Below are positions 48,752 through 58,371 of a stretch of DNA of 64,000 nt, piece after piece (positions within the stretch are counted from its first letter, which is position 1; every line of letters starts with the position of its first letter). Where the stretch lies: positions 64,020 to 128,019 of the forward strand of contig CAVYQN010000002.1 of NCBI GenBank assembly GCA_963770685.1. The letters are read 5' to 3'. The position numbers and the translations under genes are program-made. Origin of the DNA: Candidatus Krumholzibacteriia bacterium (lineage in GTDB: Bacteria; Krumholzibacteriota; Krumholzibacteriia; Krumholzibacteriales; Krumholzibacteriaceae). The notes under the pieces are model-generated. The model was not told where the DNA came from, made no database searches, and saw only the letters and a program-made list of their open reading frames with translations.

Positions 48752-49433
48752 ATGGTTTCAGCGAAGGGATTCTTCAAATGGGCCGGCGCCGAAAGCGCCC
48801 TTGTGCCCTTCGAGCCGCCTGACCGCATGCTTGAAGAGTACAGGGCGCGCAGGAAGGAACGCGACAGGCTCTTCCTCGATCACGGCATAGACCGCCCCGG
48901 GATGATTGAATTCGTCCTCGGCGCGGCCGGGGAGATCGGCGGCCCCGCCCTCGACATCGGCACGGGGAGAGGGCTGACGGCCTTCGCGCTGGCCAGCAGG
49001 GGGATTCGCGTCGCCACGATCGATATCTCCGAGGACGATCTGAAGGGGGCTATGGCGGGAGCCGCCGCCGAGGGGGCGGCCGCGGTCGATCGATTTCCAT
49101 CTAGCCGACGCGAACGACCTCCCGTTCCCGGACGCGAGTTTCAGGCTCGTCACCATGGTCAATGTCCTTCACCACATGGAGGCGGGGGAGAACCTTCTCT
49201 CCGAAGTGTCCAGGGTCCTCGCCCCCGGGGGAAGGTTCGTCGTCGCCGATTTCGACGAGGAAGGATTCAGGATACTGGCAAGGCTCCATTCCGGCGAGGG
49301 GGAGGAGCATAAAAGGCTCGCGGTCGAGACGATCGACGGCATAGAGGGGAAACTGCCTCTCCACGGCCTAAAGCATGCGGGGCGGTTTTCAGGGTATTGC
49401 CAGGACGTGTTGGTGGCGGAAAAGATCGTTTGA
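48752..49433 (+). CDS. Class I SAM-dependent methyltransferase; one frame break near 49085-49100
   Basis: ALDIGTGRGLTAFALA (motif I) in track 48752..49312. Continues ..IDFHLADANDLPFPDASFRLVTMVNVLHHM in track 49155..49433. Confidence 0.75.
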
Positions 49434-49472
49434 CGGCGGCGGCCCCAAGGCCCGCGCCCGGTGACCCAGGCC

Positions 49473-50473
49473 CTATCGCCCGAAATTGAGCCTGTCCCCG
49501 AAGTCCCCGGCGACGACTCGCTCACCGTTCTCCAGCAGGAAGACGGCCCTCACCCCCGGGATCTTTTCGGCGGCTGCGGGGGCCTTCCACCGGGCCGAGC
49601 ACGAAAAGGCCGGTCGACAGCGCGTCGGCGGCCGTCGCGGTCGGGGCGGTCACGGTGACGCTGAGCTGGCCGTTCACGGTCAGGCCGGAGCGCGGATCGA
49701 CGATGTGGCCGTATCTCTTTCCATCGATCACGACGAAATTCTCGTAATTGCCGGAGGTCGCGACGGCCTCGTCCTTCAGGAGGAGATTTCCCGCCAGGCC
49801 TTCCCCGCCGCGCGGGTCGCGTATGCCGATCGTCCACGCCCTTTTCCCCGGCGGGGCCCCCAACGCGTACATGTTCCCCCCGAGGTTGACGAGCGCGCTC
49901 TCGACCCCGCTCTCCCTCAGAATGGCGACGCACCTGTCGACCCCGTACCCCTTCCCGATCCCCGCGAGGTCGAACTGCATCCCCTCGGGGCGCTCGACGG
50001 CGAGATTTTCCGCGTCGAGCCGGACCTTGCCGAAGCCGACGAGGCCGAGAGCCGCCGATATCTTTTCCGCTGACGGAAGGGCGGCGGCGCCCCCCTGGAA
50101 TCCCCACATCCGAACGAGCGGCCTTGCCGTGATATCGAAAGCCCCGCCGGTCAGCTCCGACCAGCGCAGCGATTCCTCCAGTATGCCGAAGAGTTCGCGC
50201 GAGACGGCGAAGGGGGCGCTGCCGGGCGAGCCGTTGAGCGCCGAGATCTCGCTGTCGGCGTTCCACGTGCTCATAACCGTTTCGATGCGGTGAAGCTCGT
50301 GCATGGCCCGGCCGGCAGCCTCTCCCGCGCGCCGTTCGTCCATCCCGTATATCGTGACGACGCACCTCGTGCCCATCACGAAGGTTTCCCTGGTGAACGG
50401 AACGGCGGACGGGGCGCAGCCGGTATGCGGCTGAAGGAGCAGGGCGGCGGCAAGGAGGATTCGCGCTATTCAT
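49473..50473 (-). CDS. apbE: FAD:protein FMN transferase ApbE (lipoprotein); frame breaks near 50465 and at the G5 run 49578-49582
   Basis: Track ORF 49522..50379 (GGAFDIT, DLAGIGKGYGVD, TSGNYE). The upstream frame reads IARILLAAALLLQPHTGC with ATG 50473 one base out of frame. The corrected tail ..AAAEKIPGVRAVFLLENGERVVAGDFGDRLNFGR* stops at 49473-49475. Confidence 0.8.
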
Positions 50474-50475
50474 GC

Positions 50476-51748
50476 TCAGGCCCCCGGCTTGCCGAGAAGC
50501 CTGAACATCCTCGACTTGTATTCCTCGACCCCCGGCTGGTTGAACGGATTGATCCCCATCATCCTGCCGGTGACCGCGACGGCGATCTCGAAGAAGACGA
50601 AGAGCTCGCCGATCGAGTCGGGGGTTATCGAGGGCACCTCTATCGTCACGACAGGCAGCCCTCCCGATTCGTGGGCGGCTCTCGTTCCCTCGAACGCCTT
50701 CGAATTTATCTCTCCGAGGGAGCGTCCCGCCAGGTAGTTGAGACCGTCGAGGTCCGCGTCGTCGCCGGGCACGGTCAGGTCCCTCGGGGGATGTGAGGCG
50801 ACGAGGAAGGTCTCCAGGATATCCCTCGCGCCCTCCTGAAGAAGCTGCCCGAGGGAATGAAGGTCGGTCGTCATGACCGTGGAGGCGGGGAAGAGGCCCC
50901 TGCCGTCCTTTCCCTCCGACTCTCCCGCGAGCTGTTTCCACCACTCGCAGAAGAGGGCCAGTTCCGGGTGGAAGGTCGAAAGGACCTCGATCTTCGTGCC
51001 CCTCTCGTGAAGGAGGGTCCTCGCGGCTGCGTAGCGCAGGGCGTCGTTCTCCACGCTTTCCATCGAAAATGATCCGAGGGCCGCGCGCGCCCCGGCGAGC
51101 ATCCCCTTGATCGGTATCCCGGCCGCGGCGCACGGGAGGAGGCCGACGGGGGAGAGGATGCTGAAACGCCCCCCGACGTCGGGCGGGATGGAAAAGGTCT
51201 TCCAGCCTTCCTCGGAGGCCATCCGCCGCAGGGCGCCCTTCGCGGGGTCGGTGACGGCGAAGATCCTGCTCCGCGACCGCGCGCGGGCCGAAGGTCTCGA
51301 CCAGTTTTCTCCGCAGCAGGCGGAACGCTATGGCGGGCTCCGTCGTGGTCCCCGATTTCGAGATCACGCAGACGGCGAATTTTTTGCCCTCGAGGCCCGA
51401 GATCAGCCTGTCGTGATAGACGGGGGAGAGGCTGTTCCCCGCGAAGAGAACGGGGAAGCCGGCCTCGAAGGGGAGGGCCTCTATGGCGGCCCGCGCCCCG
51501 AGGTACGATCCGCCGATGCCGACGACGACGAGGCAGTCGTTTTCGCCGCGGATCCTTTTGCCGGTCTCCGCGATCTCGTCGACATCCTTTTCGGGCATGA
51601 GCGGGAGATCGAGCCAGCCGAGCATCTCCGAACCGGCGCCCTCCCTGCGGAGGAGGGAAGAGAGGGCCCGGGCGGCGTCCGCCGTCCTGCCCGATATATC
51701 CTTTTCGCTCGCGTGGGCGAACACCCTGTCGATATCGAGTCTGATCAA
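50476..51748 (-). CDS. pgi: Glucose-6-phosphate isomerase; one frame break near 51240-51270
   Basis: N-terminal part in track ORF 49550..51748 (VVVGIGGSYLGARA, SKSGTTTEP). C-terminal part in track ORF 50476..51222 (DVGGRFS..). Confidence 0.85.
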
Positions 51749-51844
51749 GGCCCGCGTCCTTTCGCCTGAAGGCCGTGATTCGATTGAAACGGCGCGCTGT
51801 CCGAACGAAGCGCCGCCCGGCCGTTCCGCCGGGCCTGCGCCCGG

Positions 51845-53514
51845 TTATTTCGCGATCGATTTCTCGACCATGCGCATCGTCTCGGCAACGTGCGCGGCGA
51901 CCTCTGCGCGGATCTTTTCCGCCTCGCCCCGCGCGGCCTCCGCGAAATCACGGTCTTTGATGCCGGCGAGATTGATGATGACGTTGAGGTAGGCGCCCTC
52001 CGCGGCCGTTCTCGCGGCGAGGGCCGCGACCCCCGCGTCGCTCGCCGAGTTGCGGTTCCCCTTCTCGCCGACGATCCGCGCGATCCCGCCGCCTCCATCG
52101 TCCTTCTCAGGACACCGAGAGGTATCGTCGTCGCTTCCTTCGTCCGTTCCTCGATGGCGCGGTCCCTGGCCTCTTTCTCGGCGTCGGTCTTCTTCTTCAT
52201 CCTCATCGCATCCATGACCCGGTTGAAGGCCTCCGTGTCGCGGTCCACGTCGGCGAGGAACTCCTCCTTGAGGCGCTGGCCGACGACGCTCACGCGTTCC
52301 ATCTCGGCGTAATCCTTCTCGTACCCTTTCTTGCCGTGCGTCAGAGCGCAGACCATCGCGGAGAGGGCGCCGCTGAGCGCTCCGCACAGGGCCGCGACGC
52401 TCCCCCCGCCGGGGGCGGGGGAGTCGGTCGAAAGGACGTCCGCGAATTTCGTCACGCTCATGGCCGCAAGGCTCTCAGGCCGCTTGAACTGGTACTCTAT
52501 GATCTTCTTGTCCGGTTCGAAGGGGTAAAGGTCGCCGAGGCCCATCGAGAGGGCGGCGACGTGGATCAGTTCCGATTCGGGCACCCCGGTGAGCCTTCCC
52601 ATCTTCCCCAGGTAATGCCTTCCCGCCTGCAGGAGGGCGTCGAGCGGGATAAGCCCCACAAGTTCGCTCCCCGTCACCCGCGCCCCGAGCTCGGAGGCGA
52701 TGCGGCTGCACTCGTCGAAGACGAGATGCGGGGGGGTCACCTTGTAGTTCGTCAGGTTGATCGACACCTGGGCCCTGCCGAAATCCTCCATGTACCACCC
52801 GACCGCCTTGCATTCCCTGAAGATACCCGGCTCCATCAGCGCCTCTCCGTCCCCGCCGCGCATTATCTTCCCTTCCCCGTCCTTTTTCGTCCGTCCCTTC
52901 TCGCGTATCGAAAAGGCGATCTCGCCGGCGATTCTCGTATCCCTGGTGTTGAGGTTCACGTTGTAGGCTATGAGGAATTCCCGTGCGCTTATCGCCGTCG
53001 CGCCGGCGCCCGGGTTGAATTCGGCCGGGCCGCAATCGGGTTTCCACGACGGGTCCGCGAGCCTGCCCGCAAGCCCCTCGTATTCGCCGGCCCTCACCGA
53101 GGCGAGGTTCCTTCTCTCGGGGCGGGACGCCGCGTATTCGTAGAAATAGACCGGGATGCCGAGCTCGTCGCCGACCCTTTTGCCGAGCCTGCGGGCCAGC
53201 TCGACGCAATCGTCCATCGTGACCCCGCTGACGGGCACGAAGGGGCATACGTCGGTGGCCCCCATGCGCGGATGCGCCCCCGTGTGGGTTCTCATGTCGA
53301 TCACCTCGGAGGCCTTCCTTATCGCCCTGAACGCCGCCTCGACGGTCTCGTCGGGGGTTCCTATGAAGGTCACGACGGTCCGGTTGGTGTCCTTACCCGG
53401 GTCCACGTCGAGAAGCCTGACCCCCTCCACGCCCTTTATCTCGTTCGTAATCAATTCTATCTTGGCCATGTCCCGGCCTTCGCTGAAGTTCGGCACGCAT
53501 TCAACCAGTTTCAT
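51845..53514 (-). CDS. ftcD: Bifunctional glutamate formimidoyltransferase / formiminotetrahydrofolate cyclodeaminase; one frame break near 52085
   Basis: AAGGAG lies 9 nt before ATG 53514 (MKLVECVPNFSEGRD). The cyclodeaminase part reads SPAPGGGSVAAL. The true tail is in track ORF 51845..52387 (..GIARIVGEKGNRNSASDAGVAAL..VEKSIAK*). Confidence 0.85.
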
Positions 53515-53599
53515 GTCTGCGATCACTCCTTGTCTTATCGGAAGATATCTGGCAATATGTGCACAGCATAAGACCCGTGCGGATGGAGGTCAAGATACT

Positions 53600-54397
53600 T
53601 TGGAACGTGTCCGCGGCAAAACCGGATTTTATCTCAGCATCCCCTTCGAAAGGCACGAAGAGGGGATCGATTTCGTCGTGAGGAACGGATTCCAGCTCGA
53701 GATAAGGATGACGAAGGTCGATCACATGATGAGCCTCGGCAGGGAGGACCTCGGCCGGATAAGGGAGAGGATCGACGGCTTCGGGCTCTCGGTCTTCACC
53801 CACGGGCCCTTCTTCGGGCTGGACGTGGCGAGCCTCGACCGGAACATCTCCGAATATTCGGCAAGGTGCATCTCCCACGGGCTCGACGTCACGAGGGCCC
53901 TCGGCGGCAAGGTGATGGTGATGCACACCGGGTACCTCCCGCTCTTCTCGCGCGGCGGGAAGAAGCACTGGTTGCGCAACTGGGCCGAACGTATGCCGGC
54001 TATCGTCGGGAAGGCGGGCGAGTGCGGCGTGAGGCTCGCCCTTGAAAACACGTGGGACGACGAGCCCGAGGTGCTTCTCCGGCTGGCCGACCTCGCGGGG
54101 GGCGATAAGATCGGATTCTGCCTGGATGTCGGGCACGTCAACGTCTTCTCGAAACTTCCTCTGGAACGATGGTGGGACGCGCTCTCGCCGCGCGCGGTGG
54201 CGCTTCACATTCACGACAACGACGCCGTCTCCGACGATCACCTCGTCCCGGGCGAGGGGACGTTCGATTTCGCCCGCCTCGGCTCATTGTTGAGGGAGCT
54301 GGGCAGGCCGCTTCTCCTCGACCTGGAGGTCGACATGGCCTCCGCCGTCGAGAGCAGAAAGCGGCTCGAAGGATATTTCGCCGGGGGCGGGGAATGA
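53600..54397 (+). CDS. Sugar phosphate isomerase/epimerase (xylose-isomerase-like TIM barrel)
   Basis: C-terminal 265 aa of track ORF 53156..54397. TTG 53600 has GGAGG 10 nt upstream. LALENT, GFCLDVGH, LHIHDN motifs. Confidence 0.75.
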   Translation: MERVRGKTGFYLSIPFERHEEGIDFVVRNGFQLEIRMTKVDHMMSLGREDLGRIRERIDGFGLSVFTHGPFFGLDVASLDRNISEYSARCISHGLDVTRALGGKVMVMHTGYLPLFSRGGKKHWLRNWAERMPAIVGKAGECGVRLALENTWDDEPEVLLRLADLAGGDKIGFCLDVGHVNVFSKLPLERWWDALSPRAVALHIHDNDAVSDDHLVPGEGTFDFARLGSLLRELGRPLLLDLEVDMASAVESRKRLEGYFAGGGE

Positions 54398-54409
54398 CCC
54401 GGTCGACGA

Positions 54410-55796
54410 ATGGAGGCTGATACTTTGACGGTTCTTTCGATTTTGCTTGTGCTACTCGCCCTGGCGAACGTCGCCATGATCTTTTTCGTCTTCTTCCGGG
54501 TGCCGGGCGGCGGTAAGGGCGGGCTTGAAAAGGACGTCAGGGAGGACCTTCGCTCGGCGAGGGAGGAGGCCGCCGAGGCCGCCAAACTTCTCAGGGAGGA
54601 GGTCTCCGGAGCGCAGAGATCGGCCGCCGGCACGGTGCTCGGCGCCATCGAGGTGATCGGGAAATCCCAGGGCGAGCTTCTGGAATCGGTCTCGAGGCGT
54701 GTCGGGGAGCTGACGGAATCGAACGAGAAGAGGATCGACGGCCTTCGTTCGACGATCGACGAGAAATTGAAGTCGATGCAGGACGGGAACGAGAAGAAGC
54801 TCGACCAGATGAGGGCGACGGTCGAGGAGAAGCTGCAGGACACCCTGGAGAAGAGGCTGGGGGAATCGTTCAGCATGGTGAGCGAAAGGCTCGAGGCGGT
54901 CCAGAGGGGGCTCGGCGAGATGCGGAGCCTCGCGACGGGCGTAGGAGACCTCAAGAAGGTCCTCACGAACGTCAAGACGCGCGGCACCTGGGGCGAGATT
55001 CAGCTCGGGGCCCTTCTCGAGCAGGTGATGACGGCCGATCAGTACGAGAGGAATGTTTGCACCAAGGAAAGCTCATCTGACAGGGTGGAGTTCGCGATAA
55101 GGCTGCCCGGGGCCGACGACGCCCCTGGATCGTGCGTCTGGCTGCCGATCGATTCGAAATTCCCCCAGGAGGATTACCTCCGCCTGGTCGAGGCATCGGA
55201 GGCCGCCGATCCGGAGGCCGTGCAACAGGCGACGGCGGCCCTCGTCAGGGCGGTCCATGCGTCCGCGAAGGATATCAGGGACAAGTATCTCGATCCCCCG
55301 AAGACCACCGATTTCGGGATCATGTTCCTTCCGACCGAGGGACTGTACGCCGAGGTGCTCCGTCAGACTGGCGCGGTGGAGAGGCTTCAGCGCGAATTCA
55401 GGGTCGTCGTGGCGGGCCCGACGACCCTCGCCGCGATACTCAGCAGCCTGAGGATGGGATTCAGGACGCTGGCCATCGAAAAGCGCTCGAGCGAGGTCTG
55501 GACGGTCCTCAGCGCCGTGAAGACCGAGTTCGGCAGGTTCGGCGAGATGCTCGGCAAGGTGAAAAGGCAGCTCAACGCTCGCTTCTAACACGATCGATCA
55601 GACCGGCGTGCGGACGAGGGCGATGGAAAAGAGGCTGCGCGAGGTGGAGGCGCTCCCTGGCCTCGAATCGTCGAGGGTGCTCGGGCTGCCGGAAGGCGGG
55701 GAGGGGGTCGGTTTCGATGCGGACGACATGGACGGGGAGATCGATGAGAGCGCGGCCGGAGGCGGGATCCTTTCCGGCGACGAGGATCCCGATTAG
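54410..55796 (+). CDS. rmuC: DNA recombination protein RmuC; one frame break near 55562-55575 (A4 run)
   Basis: Track ORF 54410..55588 plus 55608..55796. The junction reads ..KVKGSSTLASNTIDQTGVRTRAMEKRLREVEAL after a 1-nt correction. Confidence 0.85.
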
Positions 55797-55963
55797 GCGG
55801 CCCGGAAGCGCGAAGGCAGTCCCGGTCCGGGCCACGGGGATAAATCCCGGGGAAATACCTTTTATTATTCTTCCCAAACGAGTGTCTTTTCGTGTAGTCT
55901 GTCTTCCTGTCATGGAAGGAGCAGGTTTCATCGATCGCCAGGAATTGAAAGGGAGGATGCGTC

Positions 55964-57448
55964 TTGAGAGAATTGGCACAGAAGAAATTGAACGAATCGG
56001 CCGGCCTGAGGTGGTTCGTACTGATTCTTATCAGTACGCTCCTGTTCAGCACATACTGGTTCAATGACGTGCTCGGCCCGCTCAAGGGCCTCATGGAGAG
56101 CCAGCTCGGGTTCGACAGCAGCCAGTTCGGCCTGATCGTCGCCTCGACGACCTGGGCGAACCTTGCCCTGATGATCATCGTCGGCGGCATAGCCCTCGAC
56201 AAGTGGGGCATACGCAAGACGGGGACGGCCTTCGGCCTTCTCGCCACGCTCGGCGCCTTCATCGTCGCCCTCGCGAGCAAGGGCGTCTTCGGCAGCGACG
56301 AGAAGACGATGATGATATGGATGATCGTCGGCAGGATTCTCTTCGGGACCGGCCTCGAGACGGTCTGCGTGATGGTCTCGAGAACGGTCGTGAAGTGGTT
56401 CAAGGGATACGAGCTGGCGCTCGCCATGGCGATCAACGTCGGTTTCGGCCGTCTCGGTTCGGCCGGCACCAACTTCTTCGGCATCGAGATAGCGGACGGA
56501 AAGGTGTCGACGGGCCTTCTCTTCGCGGCGAGCGTCGTAGGCCTTTCGTTCATCGCCTTCCTCGCCTACCTGATATTCGACGCGAAGTACGACAAGCGGG
56601 CCGCCGCCATCGCGGGAACGTCGCAAGCCTCCGCGGACGAGCAGTTCAAGTTCAAGGATCTTACCGATCTCGTCACCAACCATTCGTTCATATTCATCAC
56701 CCTTCTCTGCGTGGCCTTTTACGCGGCGGTCTTCCCCTTCATCCAGTACGCCCCGGACCTTCTGGTAAACAAGTTCGGGTTCACTACCGCCCTTCCCGAC
56801 ATGAGCGGGATGACCTTCTGGCAGAAGGTCACCGCCTTTTTCCATACGGCCCCAAAGGTGACGAGCCTGATCCCGCTCGGAACGATCGTTTTCACTCCGA
56901 TCTTCGGGCGCCTCGTCGACAAGAAGGGCAAGGCCGCGACACTGATGATCATCGGTTCGCTTCTTCTGATCTTCGCGCATCTCGCGCTGTCGGTTTTCAA
57001 TAACGTGATCCTCGGCTACCTGGGTCTTTTCTCCCTCGGCATCGCCTTTTCGCTCGTCCCCGCCGCCATGTGGCCGTCGGTGGCGAAGATCGTCCCGGAA
57101 AACAGGCTCGGCACGGCCTACGCGACGATGTTCACGATCCAGAACTACGGCCTTTCGGTCTTTTTCTGGGGGATCGGGAAGACGCTGGACGTCGTCAATC
57201 CTAAAATCGTGGCGCAAATACAGACGACAAGGGATCAGCTCATCGCCTCGGGAATGAGCCTCGAGCAAATTCCGGGGAGGATAGACGAGCTGAAGGCGAC
57301 TGGGGAGATCCCGCCCTATAACTATACGATTCCGATCCTGATGCTCGTCGTGCTGGGCATCATCTCGATATTCCTGGCCTACCAGCTCAAACGGGCCGAC
57401 AAGAGGCAGGGGTACGGGCTGGAGATGCCGACGGGGCACAAGATGTAG
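55964..57448 (+). CDS. MFS transporter
   Basis: Intact 494-aa ORF. TTG start with GGGAGG 8 nt upstream. About 12 hydrophobic segments. Confidence 0.8.
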   Translation: MRELAQKKLNESAGLRWFVLILISTLLFSTYWFNDVLGPLKGLMESQLGFDSSQFGLIVASTTWANLALMIIVGGIALDKWGIRKTGTAFGLLATLGAFIVALASKGVFGSDEKTMMIWMIVGRILFGTGLETVCVMVSRTVVKWFKGYELALAMAINVGFGRLGSAGTNFFGIEIADGKVSTGLLFAASVVGLSFIAFLAYLIFDAKYDKRAAAIAGTSQASADEQFKFKDLTDLVTNHSFIFITLLCVAFYAAVFPFIQYAPDLLVNKFGFTTALPDMSGMTFWQKVTAFFHTAPKVTSLIPLGTIVFTPIFGRLVDKKGKAATLMIIGSLLLIFAHLALSVFNNVILGYLGLFSLGIAFSLVPAAMWPSVAKIVPENRLGTAYATMFTIQNYGLSVFFWGIGKTLDVVNPKIVAQIQTTRDQLIASGMSLEQIPGRIDELKATGEIPPYNYTIPILMLVVLGIISIFLAYQLKRADKRQGYGLEMPTGHKM

Positions 57449-57479
57449 CGGAGCCCGAGCACGGGACGAAATGAACATG

Positions 57480-57522
57480 CCGGCCCGGCCGGGACGCGGA
57501 GTCCTGATCGGGCCGGTTTTTT
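57480..57522 (+). terminator. Rho-independent terminator after the MFS gene
   Basis: Stem CCGGCCCG (57480-57487) / CGGGCCGG (57509-57516) followed by T6 (57517-57522). Confidence 0.7.
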
Positions 57523-57655
57523 GTGCCGGCCGGTGGGCGGGCGGGCGCCGCCGATCTCTTTCCTCTTGAATAAACGGCCACGTTGTCGGAATATGGGCCT
57601 GTCTCCGGCCTGACGCCGGGGGCGGCCGGAATCCGCAAGCCAGGAGGGGTTAACG

Positions 57656-58213
57656 ATGGAAATCAAAGGCATGATCTTTCATTCCAGGAAGCAATTCGTT
57701 GTGGATCACTTCGGCGAGGAGGCCTGGAACAGGGTCGTGAACGCCCTGCCCACGGAAGACCGGGAACTCCTCGGAGAGGTCATCCTGACGGCAAAGTGGT
57801 ATCCCTTCGATACGGGCAGAAGGCTGGACAAGGCCATAGTCGACGTCCTGGGCGGGGGGAACGCCTCGATATTCAGACAGATCGGCGCCGCCTCGGCCCA
57901 GACGAGCCTGACAAGGGTCCACAAAACCTTCCTCACGCCCGGCGATCCGCAGGCGTTCATGAAGAAGTCGGGGATCATCTACAAGTTTTATTACGACAAG
58001 GGACGCCGCGAATACCAGGAAACGGGGCTGAATTCAGGAGTTGTTACGACCTGCGACGCCGAGACCTTTTCGGAGTCCGACTGCCTTACGGTGATCGGAT
58101 GGTACGAGGAAGCCCTGAGGATGTGCGGCGCGGAGAACGTCGTCGGCATCGAAGAGGAGTGCAGGGCGAAGGGCGGAAAGGTGTGCCGGTATCGTTTCCA
58201 GTGGGAGATATGA
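57656..58213 (+). CDS. Stand-alone small-ligand-sensor-like protein (V4R / H-NOX-like fold suspected), hypothetical
   Basis: Intact 185 aa with AGGAGG upstream. N-terminus MEIKGMIFHSRKQFVVDHFGEEAWNRVV resembles H-NOX/DUF2378 starts. C-terminal C-x-AKGG-x-x-C-x-Y-x-F-x-W resembles V4R ends. No YxSxR heme motif seen. Confidence 0.4.
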   Translation: MEIKGMIFHSRKQFVVDHFGEEAWNRVVNALPTEDRELLGEVILTAKWYPFDTGRRLDKAIVDVLGGGNASIFRQIGAASAQTSLTRVHKTFLTPGDPQAFMKKSGIIYKFYYDKGRREYQETGLNSGVVTTCDAETFSESDCLTVIGWYEEALRMCGAENVVGIEEECRAKGGKVCRYRFQWEI

Positions 58214-58371
58214 CGATTTTGACCGCCGCGGGGAGGGCGTCGGCGCCGCCGCGCGCCGCATGAGCCGGGCGGGCCATAAAACAGTTGAATCGCGAAGACC
58301 GCCGGTCTATAATCCCACCCTTGTATTCGATTCTTTTAATCAAGGTGCGGTTTAATCAAAGGAGTTGGTGG

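Noticed and set aside
49550-51748. 732-aa minus-strand ORF suggesting one giant protein
   Set aside because: Only the first 165 or so residues are real (pgi N-terminus). After the break near 51250 it is an off-frame read-through across the rest of pgi and all of apbE.
55928-57478. 516-aa minus-strand ORF
   Set aside because: Antisense to the intact MFS transporter gene. Arg/Asp/Glu-rich with no motifs.
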